DNA of 63,143 nucleotides, filler included, from 4 parts of 4 records of this genome joined end to end with filler, not necessarily neighbours in it, one strand, 5' to 3'. Counted from the first letter of the whole stretch, positions 30,622-41,317 are shown. Notes: generated by a model from the letters alone, not told the origin. Translations and numbers: made by a program.

Positions 30622-31275
30622 CTAGTAGCTCTCCGGCAGCTTCTTCTTGAGAATGATATGTCGACCTTCCACTTCGATATAGTCCCCGATGGTCAGGTCT
30701 TTGAGAATACGCGCCACCATTTCACGTGACGAGCCCACTCTGTCGGCGATCTCTTGTTGAGTGAGTTTCTCGTTGATCTTCATTTGCCCTTCTTCACCGT
30801 GGGGCTCGGCCAATCCGGTAAGCACCTTCACTACGCGGCCATAGACATCCTGCAAAGCCAGACTTTTCACATCATTGGTCAACTTGCGAATACGGCGCGT
30901 CAGGTTCTTATTCAAAATACGGGTGATGTTTGGATGCATATCCATAATGGCTTTGAAATCTTCTTTGTAGATAATGCGCACCTGCGTTGCATCCATGGCA
31001 CGTACCGACGCCGAGCGGCGATCATCGTCCAGCAGGGCCAGCTCACCAAAATAGTCGCCCGACTCAAGTATATTCAGCACAAAGTCTTTACCGCTTTTGT
31101 CGCTGCAGTAGACTTTTACCCGGCCGGTTTCGACGACATACAGAGAGTCCGCCACGTCACCTTCGTGAATCAGTACGGTGTTCTTTGCAAACTCACGAAG
31201 AATACTGGTATCACGCAAAAGCTTGAGTTCATCTGGCGACAAACCGTCAAACAGATCTACGTTTTCGATACTCAT
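30622..31275 (-). CDS. Crp/Fnr-family transcriptional regulator
   Basis: cNMP-binding FGELALL...RSAS; HTH TQQEIADRVGSSREMVAR. Confidence 0.93.
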   Translation of the reverse strand: MSIENVDLFDGLSPDELKLLRDTSILREFAKNTVLIHEGDVADSLYVVETGRVKVYCSDKSGKDFVLNILESGDYFGELALLDDDRRSASVRAMDATQVRIIYKEDFKAIMDMHPNITRILNKNLTRRIRKLTNDVKSLALQDVYGRVVKVLTGLAEPHGEEGQMKINEKLTQQEIADRVGSSREMVARILKDLTIGDYIEVEGRHIILKKKLPESY

Positions 31276-31395
31276 TGCCACACTCCAGGCCCAAAATTTT
31301 TATTGGCAACACTATAGCATAGCTGCGCAAGTTGCTGTCTAGCTTGAAGTTATCGCTGAGAATCAGGTCGCAAAGTGCAAGCAATGGGAAGGAGT

Positions 31396-31419
31396 GGGTG
31401 CCGGCAAGCCGGCACCCTA
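31396..31419 (-). repeat. REP-like palindrome or terminator after lysS
   Basis: GGGTGCCGGC-AA-GCCGGCACCC; the 12-mer TAGGGTGCCGGC recurs at 32989-33000 after prfB. Confidence 0.55.
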
Positions 31420-31423
31420 AGGC

Positions 31424-32938
31424 TTAGCCTTGTGATTCCGGACGCATGTGGGGGAACAATAAAACGTCGCGAATTGACGGCGAATCGGTAAACAGCATCA
31501 CCAGTCGGTCGATGCCTATCCCCTCTCCAGCGGTCGGTGGCAGGCCGTATTCCAAGGCGGCAATATAGTCAGCATCGTAGTGCATTGCTTCATCGTCGCC
31601 GGCATCTTTTTCGGCCACTTGCGCCATGAACCGCTCAGCTTGATCTTCGGCGTCATTCAACTCGGAGAAGCCATTGGCGAGCTCGCGACCACCCACGAAA
31701 AACTCAAACCGGTCAGTCACAAAGGGGTTGTCGTCGCTGCGACGGGCCAGCGGCGATACCTCGGTGGGGTATTCGGTGATAAACGTGGGTTGATCCAGCT
31801 TGTGTTCAACCGTTTCTTCAAAGATCTCAATTTGGATCTTGCCCAGCCCCCAGGAGTCCTTAACCTCGATGCCAAGGCCTTTGGCAATGGCTGTGGCCTG
31901 CTCCATATCGGCTAACTGATCAGCGCTGATGGACGGGTTGTATTGCAGCACGGCGTCAAAGACCGACAGTCGGGTAAACGGCTGACCAAAGTCGTAGTCA
32001 CTGCCCTGATAGTGCAAACACGTGGTGCCCAATACTTCCTGAGCTACGTGGCGCAACATTGCCTCAGTCAGGTCCATCAAGTCTTTGTAGTCAGCGTAGG
32101 CCTGATAAAACTCGATCATGGTGAATTCGGGGTTGTGGCGCGTCGACAAGCCCTCATTGCGGAAGTTACGGTTGATTTCAAACACCCGCTCGAATCCGCC
32201 AACCACCAAGCGCTTGAGATAAAGCTCGGGCGCAATGCGCAGGTACATATCGAGGTCGAGCGCATTGTGATGCGTCACAAACGGCCGCGCAGTGGCACCA
32301 CCGGGAATCACCTGCATCATCGGGGTTTCAACTTCGACAAAGTCTTTCTGCTGTAAAAAATTACGGATGGAGCTGATCATCTTAGAGCGAATCGCGAAGG
32401 TGCGACGCGACTGCTCGTTCATAATCAGGTCGACATAGCGCTGCCGATAGCGCATTTCCTGGTCTTGAAGGCCGTGGAATTTATCGGGCAGTGGACGCAA
32501 CGACTTGGTTAGCAAACCGCCCTCTTCCATGTACACATACAAATCGCCCTTACCAGATTTGTGCACCGGTCCCTTGGCAAAAATAATGTCGCCGATATCC
32601 CAGCTTTTAATCTCTTCAGTCAGCGCTTCAGGCAGTTTTTTCTTATCGATATAAGTCTGGATTCGGCCAGACATATCTTGCAGCACCATAAACGGACCAC
32701 GCTTGGCCATAATACGACCGGCAATCGCGGCATGTCTGTCCAGCGCTTCAAGCGCCGCCTTGTCGTGCTCACCCAGCTCTTCTTGCAGTTGCTGGGCGTT
32801 GGCATCGCGTCGGAAGTCGTTAGGAAAGGCATTGCGCTTTTCGCGAATCGCCGCCAACTTGGCGCGGCGCTCAGCAATCAGGCGATTTTCTTCCTGCCCG
32901 GCTTCCTGGGCTTGCGTGTCGTTCTGCTGTTCAGACAT
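31424..32938 (-). CDS. lysS: Lysine--tRNA ligase (class II)
   Basis: [33 protein letters not shown]; follows prfB. Confidence 0.98.
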   Translation of the reverse strand: MSEQQNDTQAQEAGQEENRLIAERRAKLAAIREKRNAFPNDFRRDANAQQLQEELGEHDKAALEALDRHAAIAGRIMAKRGPFMVLQDMSGRIQTYIDKKKLPEALTEEIKSWDIGDIIFAKGPVHKSGKGDLYVYMEEGGLLTKSLRPLPDKFHGLQDQEMRYRQRYVDLIMNEQSRRTFAIRSKMISSIRNFLQQKDFVEVETPMMQVIPGGATARPFVTHHNALDLDMYLRIAPELYLKRLVVGGFERVFEINRNFRNEGLSTRHNPEFTMIEFYQAYADYKDLMDLTEAMLRHVAQEVLGTTCLHYQGSDYDFGQPFTRLSVFDAVLQYNPSISADQLADMEQATAIAKGLGIEVKDSWGLGKIQIEIFEETVEHKLDQPTFITEYPTEVSPLARRSDDNPFVTDRFEFFVGGRELANGFSELNDAEDQAERFMAQVAEKDAGDDEAMHYDADYIAALEYGLPPTAGEGIGIDRLVMLFTDSPSIRDVLLFPHMRPESQG

Positions 32939-33001
32939 CTGTGTTTCCTTTGGTCGGGCCCGCAATCGGGCCGCGTCATCTCATTGGCTAGGGTGCCGGC
33001 C

Positions 33002-33500
33002 TTATAAGCCAGATTTCAGGCTCGCTTCGATAAACAGGTCAAGGTCGCCATCGAGCACATTGTTGCAATTGCTGGTTTGTACATTGGTGCGCAGGTCTTT
33101 AATACGCTGGTCGTCGAGCACGTAGGAGCGTATCTGGCTGCCCCAGCCAATATCTGACTTGCTGTCTTCCAATGCCTGGGCCTCGCTATTGCGTTTTTGC
33201 AGCTCCATTTCATAGAGCTTGGCCTTCAACATTTTCCAAGCGTTGTCGCGGTTTTGATGCTGGGAGCGCTCGCTCTGACACTGCACAACGGTATTAGTAG
33301 GCTCGTGCGTTAGGCGAACCGCAGAGTCGGTCTTGTTCACGTGCTGACCACCTGCACCACTGGCGCGGTAGGTATCCGTGCGCACATCCGAAGGATCGAT
33401 ATCAATTTCGATATTGTCGTCGATCTCCGGCGACACAAACACCGAACAAAACGATGTGTGGCGACGGTTGCCCGAATCAAAGGGCGACTTGCGAACCAGG
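33002..33500 (-). CDS. prfB: Peptide chain release factor 2, 3' fragment
   Basis: SPF motif and GGQ; truncated by contig end. Confidence 0.97.
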
Positions 33501-33600
33501 NNNNNNNNNNNNNNNNNNNNNNNNNNNNNNNNNNNNNNNNNNNNTTAATTAATTAANNNNNNNNNNNNNNNNNNNNNNNNNNNNNNNNNNNNNNNNNNNN
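33501..33600. other. Artificial contig linker
   Basis: N44-TTAATTAATTAA-N44. Confidence 0.99.
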
Positions 33601-33695
33601 CCCGGTGCACACATGTCACCCCCCCTATTTAGCCCCAAATCACAGGGTATGAACGCCCCGCGCGGTGGCGGCCTTAAAGGGGCCAAAGGTTAACG

Positions 33696-34121
33696 TCAGC
33701 CCCGAACCCAGCCCACAATCTGCCCTTCGCGCAGCGCGCCGGACTGGCGTTTCTTTTCCTTGCCCCGCTCAAACGCGACCATGGTCGGAATGCCTTTGAT
33801 CCGATACCGCGCGCCCGTGGATTGATGCGATTGCGTGTTCAGCTTGACCAACCGCGCCTTACCGTTCAGCTTTTTCGCGGCTTTAGAAAACTCAGGCGCC
33901 ATCATCTTGCAGGGTCCGCACCACGGCGCCCAAAAGTCGACCACCAGCGGCAAGTCATCGTTTTTGCTCGCCTTTTCCAGGATCGCCGGGTTCACCTCAA
34001 TCGCCTCCTTGGGCACCAGCGCCTTGCTGCACTTGCCACATTTCGCCCCCGCATCCAGCTTGGAGTCCGGCACCCGATTCAATTGCCCACAGCTCAGGCA
34101 GGTCAGCGTCTTGTCACCCAT
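33696..34121 (-). CDS. trxC: Thioredoxin 2 with Zn-finger N-terminus
   Basis: CLSC...CGKC and WCGPC. Confidence 0.93.
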   Translation of the reverse strand: MGDKTLTCLSCGQLNRVPDSKLDAGAKCGKCSKALVPKEAIEVNPAILEKASKNDDLPLVVDFWAPWCGPCKMMAPEFSKAAKKLNGKARLVKLNTQSHQSTGARYRIKGIPTMVAFERGKEKKRQSGALREGQIVGWVRG

Positions 34122-34160
34122 CTTTGAAATCCTATTCCGTTTCCCCTCAGATAAGGGGCT

Positions 34161-34544
34161 CTACAGCGCCGGTACAACCCGTGGCCGCCCATCCGGGTCA
34201 ATCGCCACAAATGTAAACACCGCCTCGGTCACCTTTTCCCGATCCCCACTCCGGTCCCGCAACACCCAAGCTTCAATTTCAACCCCCATAGAACTCCGCC
34301 CCACCCGCGCCACTTGGCAATAAATGCACAACACATCCCCCACCCCGACCGGGCGGATAAATTTCATGGCATCCACGGCCACTGTTGCGACGCGACCTTT
34401 GGCCCGCGCCCCGGCCATGATCCCGGCTGCAATGTCCATCTGGCTCAGAACCCAGCCCCCAAAAATATCGCCATTCACGTTCACATCTTTGGGCATCGCC
34501 AAGGTGCGCAGGGTCAATTCACCCTGCGGTGCATCGTTATCCAT
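34161..34544 (-). CDS. Acyl-CoA thioesterase (YciA-like hotdog fold)
   Basis: AMPKDVNVNGDIFGGWVLSQMD; start chosen among three tandem ATGs after GGAG. Confidence 0.9.
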   Translation of the reverse strand: MDNDAPQGELTLRTLAMPKDVNVNGDIFGGWVLSQMDIAAGIMAGARAKGRVATVAVDAMKFIRPVGVGDVLCIYCQVARVGRSSMGVEIEAWVLRDRSGDREKVTEAVFTFVAIDPDGRPRVVPAL

Positions 34545-34673
34545 CATCATTCTCCGATTTTGCCGCATCGCGGCATCCCCCGTACTAAAGCCCGTCACAG
34601 CATCATCTGCAATCCACTTCACGAAGGCGTCACACGGGTTACGCCGCGCACTACACCGCCCTAGATCTGAACA

Positions 34674-35057
34674 ATGACCCTATTTATGCGCCTCACGCTC
34701 TCACTCCTTGGCCTTGTCGCTCTGACCGGCCTCGCCATGACATTCAGCCTGCCGCAAAGGCTTGGAGCCCATCCCTGGTGGTCGACTAAAGTGCTCTGGA
34801 TAGGCACCCCCGTCGGAACCCTCCTTGCCCTGCTCGCATGGTGGTTCTACCTTGCTCGACTGCCCCGCACCCTTGGGTTTGGCATACTCACATTGTTCTC
34901 TTTTTCAGTGGCTCACATTGGCAAGTCTCGATTTGCGGCGTCTTATGCCGAGGATATGATCGCCGGGCAAATGTGGTACTTCGGCTGGGTTGCCACCTGT
35001 GCCTTCTGCGCAGCAACCTTGATCTCAATATTCTGGCCCACTCGCCAAAAACATTGA
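34674..35057 (+). CDS. Hypothetical 4-TM membrane protein
   Basis: Four hydrophobic segments; LGAHPWW, FAASYAED. Confidence 0.7.
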   Translation: MTLFMRLTLSLLGLVALTGLAMTFSLPQRLGAHPWWSTKVLWIGTPVGTLLALLAWWFYLARLPRTLGFGILTLFSFSVAHIGKSRFAASYAEDMIAGQMWYFGWVATCAFCAATLISIFWPTRQKH

Positions 35058-35115
35058 CCCCATGATCTCAAAGGCAAAAGATACAGGTATCCCAAGCCAA
35101 AAAGTGAGCCTGATC

Positions 35116-35673
35116 ATGTTCTCACGCCGCACCTTTCTAACTTCGGCAACCGCAGCCACCGCGCTGCCGCAACTCGTACATGCCAATTCACCATCCGATT
35201 ATGACCCAACCCCACAGCAAGTTCGGATCAAAAAGGATTTTCAACCTGGACAACTGCTGATCCTGCCTCGATCCTTTTATCTCTATTTCGTGACTGAGCC
35301 CCGCAAGGCGCTCAGGTATGGGTGCGGCGTTGGCAAAGCGGGACTCGAATTCACCGGCACCGCCGTTATTCAGGTCAAAAAAGAGTGGCCAACTTGGCGA
35401 CCCACCCAAGAGATGATCGAACGGTCCCCTAAAACCTATGCTCGTTTCGCCAACAATTCCTACGTGGAACCGGGCGGCCCGGAAAACCCATTGGGTGCGC
35501 GCGCATTGTATCTGTTCCAGAATGGGGTCGATACTTATTTCCGAATCCATGGCACCACACAACCCGAAACGATTGGCCAAGCTGCTTCAAACGGATGCAT
35601 AAGAATGCTGAATGAGCATGTCATTGACCTCTACAATCGGGTTCCGCTTGGAACTGTTGTGACCGTTCTCTGA
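35116..35673 (+). CDS. L,D-transpeptidase (Tat-exported)
   Basis: SRRTFL Tat motif; NPLGARALYL, IHGT...SNGCIRM. Confidence 0.93.
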   Translation: MFSRRTFLTSATAATALPQLVHANSPSDYDPTPQQVRIKKDFQPGQLLILPRSFYLYFVTEPRKALRYGCGVGKAGLEFTGTAVIQVKKEWPTWRPTQEMIERSPKTYARFANNSYVEPGGPENPLGARALYLFQNGVDTYFRIHGTTQPETIGQAASNGCIRMLNEHVIDLYNRVPLGTVVTVL

Positions 35674-35735
35674 GCCTCCCTTCCCGACACTCCACCCCAA
35701 CTCTTGGCCCCTCATCGGGATAGAACCATTCACCT

Positions 35736-36284
35736 GTGCAGTTTTCTATTTTGAATGCCGTGCCTGTATTGCTTGCAACTCTTAGCGCTAGCTCTTGCAT
35801 GGCTCAAAACACAACGCCTAGCGAAATCGAAGTTCAGGCGGTTTTGGAACGGTTTGAACCTATACAGCTGCTCTCCTTTGCCGCCGGGTTTGAATATTGC
35901 GGCTATCTGGTACGCAGCCCACAGGGCACGTTGACCTTTACCGAAATCGTCCGAGGTGGCCCGGACGGGTGCACGCCCTTGGGTCCGCCGCCGGATGTCG
36001 AGTTGATCGCCTCGGTGCACACGCACGGCGCGTATGACCCGCTCGTACCTGCCGAATTCCCCACCGTTATGGATATCGACAGTGATCACCGCGAGGGCGT
36101 GAATGGCTATATTGCCACCCCTGGTGGGCGGTTGTGGTACGTGAATGGCACCACCTTGACGGTGCGCCAACTCTGTAATTCAGGGTGCCTACCCCAAGAT
36201 CCGGAATTTCAACCCGGAGACGACGGAATTATTGCGTTGCACTACACACGCCAAGAGCTGCTTGAACAGGAACGGGCGCAATAA
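35736..36284 (+). CDS. DUF4329-like exported protein
   Basis: Signal peptide; EYCG, SVHTHG, GYIATPGGRLW. Confidence 0.7.
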   Translation: MQFSILNAVPVLLATLSASSCMAQNTTPSEIEVQAVLERFEPIQLLSFAAGFEYCGYLVRSPQGTLTFTEIVRGGPDGCTPLGPPPDVELIASVHTHGAYDPLVPAEFPTVMDIDSDHREGVNGYIATPGGRLWYVNGTTLTVRQLCNSGCLPQDPEFQPGDDGIIALHYTRQELLEQERAQ

Positions 36285-36294
36285 TGCACAATGC

Positions 36295-36939
36295 TTAGCG
36301 CGCGCTTTGCGCCAGTTCGATCACATGCGGCCCCATAGCTGCGACAATACGTGCGACCCCTTCGGGGTTTGGGTGAATCCCGTCCTGTTGCATCCACTTT
36401 CGCACTGCTGCGGGATCTGGTTCTTCTGACAGACCTTCAAAGAAGCTTGGGAAAAACAAGCTTTGATACTGCCCGGCTAGATCCGGGTAAATCGTATCGA
36501 ATTCCGCTTTGTACTCCGGCCCGAAGTTTCCCGGCGCTTGCATTCCGACCAGCAAAACAGCCACATCGCTAGATTTTGCGGCTTCCATGATCTGCGTCAG
36601 ATTCCCCCGCGACATGGCCGGATCAAGACCGCGCAGCAGGTCATTTCCCCCCAATGCGACGATCATTCCGTCAACATCAGGCGTCAGCGTCCACGCGACC
36701 CGTGCGGCGCCGCCAGCCGTGGTATCCCCGGACACACCCGCATTGATCAAACGCACATCAGCCCCTTGCGCATCCAGCCAGCGCTGCATTTGCGCGACGA
36801 ACCCTTGCTCGGGTAACAACCCGTATCCTTGGGTCAGAGAATCCCCCAAAGCAGCGATCACAACAGGTTCGGCCGTTGCAGCAAAACCGCACAAGCTGAA
36901 AACACCACTTAATAAAACCTTGCGCAATCTGCTCACCAC
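36295..36939 (-). CDS. SGNH arylesterase/thioesterase (TesA-like)
   Basis: GDSL, GVSGDTT, GGND, DGIHP; divergent from the ABC pair. Confidence 0.93.
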   Translation of the reverse strand: MVSRLRKVLLSGVFSLCGFAATAEPVVIAALGDSLTQGYGLLPEQGFVAQMQRWLDAQGADVRLINAGVSGDTTAGGAARVAWTLTPDVDGMIVALGGNDLLRGLDPAMSRGNLTQIMEAAKSSDVAVLLVGMQAPGNFGPEYKAEFDTIYPDLAGQYQSLFFPSFFEGLSEEPDPAAVRKWMQQDGIHPNPEGVARIVAAMGPHVIELAQSAR

Positions 36940-36976
36940 TCCATATCCCTTTCATCAGACACAATAGGACCGGCCC

Positions 36977-37672
36977 ATGACTGATCCCATACTTTCGCTC
37001 CAAGATGTGACTTTGTCACTAGATGGCAATGCCGGACGCGTTGATATCCTGCATGGGGTGTCACTAGATGTTCAAAAAGGCGAAACACTTGGCATGATTG
37101 GGCCATCAGGGTCGGGGAAATCCTCGCTTTTGATGCTGATGGGTGGGCTCGAGCAGGTCACGACGGGCACCATCACGGCGCTGGACCAAGATCTGACCGC
37201 CATGAACGAAGATGCGCTTGCCCGGTTCCGCCGCGACCATATGGGTGTGGTGTTTCAAAGCTTTCACCTAATACCCACCATGACGGCGTTGGAAAACGTG
37301 GCGACCCCACTAGAGCTGGCCGGACACAAAGATGCCTTTGAGCGCGCCGAAGCCGAGCTTGAGGCCGTCGGCCTGGGTCATCGTGGCGACCACTATCCGG
37401 CGCAACTGTCGGGTGGCGAACAACAGCGGGTCGCTTTGGCGCGAGCCTCGGCCCCACGACCCCATATCCTGCTGGCGGACGAGCCAACGGGAAATCTGGA
37501 TGAAACCAATGGCGCCGCAATCATGGATCTTTTGTTTGATTTGCGGGATCGCCATGGCGCAACCCTAATTCTCGTCACCCACAGCCATGCCTTGGCTGCG
37601 CGCTGCGACAGAACCATCCGCCTGCGAGACGGCCGTATCGCTGTAGACGCTGATCAGCGAGCCGCTGAATGA
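36977..37672 (+). CDS. ABC transporter ATP-binding protein (YbbA-like)
   Basis: GPSGSGKS, LSGGEQQR, LADEPTGNLD. Confidence 0.95.
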   Translation: MTDPILSLQDVTLSLDGNAGRVDILHGVSLDVQKGETLGMIGPSGSGKSSLLMLMGGLEQVTTGTITALDQDLTAMNEDALARFRRDHMGVVFQSFHLIPTMTALENVATPLELAGHKDAFERAEAELEAVGLGHRGDHYPAQLSGGEQQRVALARASAPRPHILLADEPTGNLDETNGAAIMDLLFDLRDRHGATLILVTHSHALAARCDRTIRLRDGRIAVDADQRAAE

Positions 37673-40197
37673 GCCTGCGTCTTGCCGCCCGCTTTGCCCG
37701 TCGTGAATTGCGTGGGGGACTGCGCGGCTTTCGGATTTTTCTCGCGTGTCTGGCCCTCGGAGTCGCGGCCATTGCCGCTGTAGGGTCCGTCCGCTCAGGC
37801 ATCGAGGCCGGGCTGGCGCGAGAAGGGGCTGCCCTGCTCGGTGGCGACGCCGAGATGGAGTTCACCTTCCGCTTTGCGGACGACGCAGAACGCGCTTGGA
37901 TGTCCCGGAACGCTGACCGTGTTTCTGAGATCGTAGATTTCCGTTCGATGGCTGTGGTTGATCGCAACGATCAATCCGAACGCGCGCTTACACAAATCAA
38001 ATCGATTGATTACGCTTATCCTTTGATTGGTGCAGTGCAGCTTGATCCCGCGATCGGTTTGGATACTGCCCTCACGGGGCAAAACGGACAGCCCGGCGCG
38101 GTCATGGAACGTGTCCTGATGGACCGGCTGGGTCTCACCCCGGGCCAAACCTTCCGCCTTGGCACCCAAGACTTCGTTCTGATGGCAACGCTTGTGCGGG
38201 AACCAGATGGTGCGACCGGCGGGTTCGGCCTTGGCCCACGCACGATTGTGTCTACCGATGCCCTGACGGATTCAGGTTTGTTGGCACCGGGTACGTTGTT
38301 TTCTACAAAGTACAGATTGGACCTGCCACCTAATACGGATCTCATCGCCACAGCAGCCTCGGCCAAAGAACAGTTCGACAGTTCGGGCCTGCGCTGGACA
38401 GACGCTCGAAACGGCGCCCCCGGCGTTGCCGAGTTTGTCCGCCGATTGGGTGCATTCCTGATCCTTGTCGGTCTCTCTGGTCTCGCTGTTGGTGGGGTTG
38501 GGGTGTCTGCGGCCGTGCGGGCCTATCTCGCTGAAAAAACCAGTACGATTGCCACCCTGCGCACATTGGGTGCAGACCGCCGCACCATTTTCCAAACCTA
38601 TTTCCTTCAAATTGGCGCACTGTCGATTGTCGGCATCGCATTGGGGTTGATCCTCGGTGGCATGGCACCGGTCCTGCTGGCCCCCTTGATCGAGGACCGC
38701 CTGCCCATTCCCGCTGAATTCGCGCTGTATCCAAAACCTCTGTTCGAAGCGGCCCTTTACGGTCTGCTCACCGCCCTGATCTTTACGCTTTGGCCTTTGG
38801 CACGCACCGAAGAAGTGCGCGCAGCGACCCTGTTCCGTGATGCCTTATCCACGGCCAAACTGCTTCCTCCCCTCCGCTATCTCATCGCTATTGCGGTTGG
38901 TTTGGCCGCGTTGGTGGGTTTGGCGGCGTGGTTCAGCGGCTCTGCAACCTTGACCCTGATGACAACGGGCGGCTTGGCTGGCGCACTTGTTCTGTTGGCG
39001 GTTTCGGCGGTTGCGATCCGATGGATTGCCCGCACAGGAACACGCGCCGCTCGCAAGCGCCCCGCCCTCAGATGGGCATTGGCGGCGATTTCCGGCCCAA
39101 GAGAGGGGGCAGCCTCTGTTGTCTTGTCACTGGGCCTTGGCTTAACCGTGCTCGCTGCTGTGGGGCAGATCGACGGAACGTTGCGCAATGCCATTTCGGG
39201 CAACCTGCCAGACGTCGCGCCCTCGTATTTCTTTGTCGATATTCAAAAGGATCAGATGCCCGGGTTTAACGCCCGTCTGGCCGAAGACCCTGCCGTCAGC
39301 CGCGTCGAAAGCGCGCCGATGCTGCGCGGCGTCATTACCCGTATCAATGGAATTACAGCGAGCGACGTCGCCGGGGATCACTGGGTTGTGCAAGGCGATC
39401 GGGGCCTCACCTACAATGCCGAGATGCCCGAAACCACCACACTAACAGCCGGCACATGGTGGCCCAGTGACTATACAGGCCCGCCACAAATCAGCTTTGC
39501 CGCCGAAGAGGCCGCCGAGATTGGCCTGTCGCTGGGCGATACACTGACCATCAACATCCTTGGTCGCGATATCAAAGCAGAAATCACATCATTCCGCGAT
39601 GTTGACTTCTCAACCGGTGGCATGGGGTTTGTCATGGCGATGAATGCCTCTGCCATCGCCGGGGCACCGCACAGCTTTATCTCGACCGTCTATGCCGAAG
39701 AACACGCCGAGGCCGCCATTCTGCGTGACCTTGCCAACCAGTTTCCGAACATCACTGCAATCCGGGTCCGCGATGCCATCGACCGAGTGTCTGACGTTCT
39801 GGCAGGTCTTGCCGCTGCCACGTCTTATGGGGCGGGCGCATCCTTGCTTACTGGGTTTCTGGTCTTGATCGGTGCCGCCGCTGCTGGCGAGGGCGCACGC
39901 ACTTACGAGGCGGCAATTTTGAAAACCGTCGGTGCACCCCGGCGCCAAATTCTGCTCAGCTTCGCCATTCGCGCGGCCTTGCTTGGGGCCGCGGCTGGTT
40001 TGGTTGCTCTGGCTGCTGGAATCGCAGGGGGATGGGCCGTCAGCACCTATGTGCTGGACACCAGCTTCTCGATCATCTGGCCCTCAGCCATTGGAATCGT
40101 TGTTGGCGGCGTGTTGGCCACACTGCTCGCTGGATTGCTCTTTGCGTGGCGCCCCTTGGCATCGCGACCTGCACAAGTCCTAAGGGCGCGCGAGTAA
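37669..40197 (+). CDS. ABC transporter permease (YbbP/FtsX-like)
   Basis: RRELRGG N-terminus; two FtsX-like TM blocks; 4-nt overlap with the ATPase. Confidence 0.92.
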   Translation: MSLRLAARFARRELRGGLRGFRIFLACLALGVAAIAAVGSVRSGIEAGLAREGAALLGGDAEMEFTFRFADDAERAWMSRNADRVSEIVDFRSMAVVDRNDQSERALTQIKSIDYAYPLIGAVQLDPAIGLDTALTGQNGQPGAVMERVLMDRLGLTPGQTFRLGTQDFVLMATLVREPDGATGGFGLGPRTIVSTDALTDSGLLAPGTLFSTKYRLDLPPNTDLIATAASAKEQFDSSGLRWTDARNGAPGVAEFVRRLGAFLILVGLSGLAVGGVGVSAAVRAYLAEKTSTIATLRTLGADRRTIFQTYFLQIGALSIVGIALGLILGGMAPVLLAPLIEDRLPIPAEFALYPKPLFEAALYGLLTALIFTLWPLARTEEVRAATLFRDALSTAKLLPPLRYLIAIAVGLAALVGLAAWFSGSATLTLMTTGGLAGALVLLAVSAVAIRWIARTGTRAARKRPALRWALAAISGPREGAASVVLSLGLGLTVLAAVGQIDGTLRNAISGNLPDVAPSYFFVDIQKDQMPGFNARLAEDPAVSRVESAPMLRGVITRINGITASDVAGDHWVVQGDRGLTYNAEMPETTTLTAGTWWPSDYTGPPQISFAAEEAAEIGLSLGDTLTINILGRDIKAEITSFRDVDFSTGGMGFVMAMNASAIAGAPHSFISTVYAEEHAEAAILRDLANQFPNITAIRVRDAIDRVSDVLAGLAAATSYGAGASLLTGFLVLIGAAAAGEGARTYEAAILKTVGAPRRQILLSFAIRAALLGAAAGLVALAAGIAGGWAVSTYVLDTSFSIIWPSAIGIVVGGVLATLLAGLLFAWRPLASRPAQVLRARE

Positions 40198-40198
40198 A

Positions 40199-40648
40199 TC
40201 AGCGCCCGCAGGATACAACTGGCTGCAGAATCTTGAGCAGGTCAACATTGTCGCAAACCAGCGCGTCCAACGTGATTTCATCCAGCGATGCATAGAATGC
40301 CTGCGCGGCATCTTGCAAAGCCAGTCGCAAGCGGCACGCCTTGGTCAGCGGGCAGGTATTGTCAGCATCGGCAAAACACTCGGCAATTGGTAGACCGCCT
40401 TCGATATGGCGAAAGACCTCGCCTATCCGAATTTTACCCGCTGGCATCGCAAGGGTCATCCCTCCGTTGCGACCGCGTTGTGTGCTCAGGAAATTAAGCT
40501 GGCTCAATTGGTTAATGACCTGAGCCAGATGGTTTTCCGAAATATTGCAGACTTCGGCAATTTCCGCCTTGGTCACCAATCGATCAGGATGGGCCGCACA
40601 ATACATCAGCAAACGGATGGCAATATTTGTCCTCTTGGTAATGCGCAT
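40199..40648 (-). CDS. Rrf2-family regulator with three Fe-S-type Cys (NsrR/RirA-like)
   Basis: MRITKRTNIAIRLLMYC, RGRNGG, ECF...CPLTKAC; RBS GGAGGAG. Confidence 0.92.
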   Translation of the reverse strand: MRITKRTNIAIRLLMYCAAHPDRLVTKAEIAEVCNISENHLAQVINQLSQLNFLSTQRGRNGGMTLAMPAGKIRIGEVFRHIEGGLPIAECFADADNTCPLTKACRLRLALQDAAQAFYASLDEITLDALVCDNVDLLKILQPVVSCGR

Positions 40649-40708
40649 GACGGCTCCTCCGATTGGTGTTGCAATAACCCCTTGTTGCACATTCGTGCAA
40701 AAAGCGGT

Positions 40709-40722
40709 TTGACATACATCAA
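40709..40722. promoter_or_regulatory. FNR/FnrL-type box
   Basis: TTGAC-ATAC-ATCAA versus consensus TTGAT-N4-ATCAA, in the divergent intergenic region. Confidence 0.7.
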
Positions 40723-40747
40723 TAGAACACGAAGGGCAGAGGACCTG

Positions 40748-41317
40748 ATGGCAGACCCATATTTCTTTGGCTACGGCAGCTTGGTAAACACCTCTACCCA
40801 CGATTTCCCCGAGCCGCGCCCCGCCACACTCAGTGGATGGCGCCGCATCTGGCGACATACGGACCTGCGCCCCGTGGCGTTTCTGACTGCGATCCCGGAT
40901 CCGAGCTGCGCGATCCAAGGATTGATTGCCCATGTCCCCAATGACGATTGGGAGGCTCTGGATGAACGCGAATGGGCCTATGACCGGATCCCCGTTACAC
41001 AGGCCACCCAACACCCTGTGAAACACGAAGTTGAAATCGCCGTTTACACTGTCCCCGAACATCGGCAATCCGCACCTGACATCCAGCACCCGATCCTGCT
41101 CAGCTATCTGGATGTAGTTGCCCAAGGGTACGCCCGCGTTTTCGGGCCAGCGGGCGTGGATCATTTCTTTGCTACCACCGGCGGCTGGGATGCCCCCATT
41201 CTGGATGACCGCACAGCCCCTCGTTATCCCCGACACCAACCCATGTCCGCAGACGAACACGCCTTGGTCGATGAATATCTGGTACGCTTAGGCGCCCAAA
41301 CATTTCAGCTGACATAA
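40748..41317 (+). CDS. Gamma-glutamylcyclotransferase family protein
   Basis: YFFGYGSLVN, LDERE. Confidence 0.88.
   Translation: MADPYFFGYGSLVNTSTHDFPEPRPATLSGWRRIWRHTDLRPVAFLTAIPDPSCAIQGLIAHVPNDDWEALDEREWAYDRIPVTQATQHPVKHEVEIAVYTVPEHRQSAPDIQHPILLSYLDVVAQGYARVFGPAGVDHFFATTGGWDAPILDDRTAPRYPRHQPMSADEHALVDEYLVRLGAQTFQLT

Noticed and set aside
33002-33500. prfB programmed +1 frameshift
   Set aside because: The slippery site lies in the 5' part, which is outside the contig
40689-40698. ACATTCGTGC shared with the right cassette element (58089-58098)
   Set aside because: Only 10 bp, on a different contig, and lacking the rest of the element; likely chance
40199-41317. Long overlapping antisense ORFs of 353 and 303 aa
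   Set aside because: They are upstream extensions of two ordinary divergent genes with starts at 40648 and 40748
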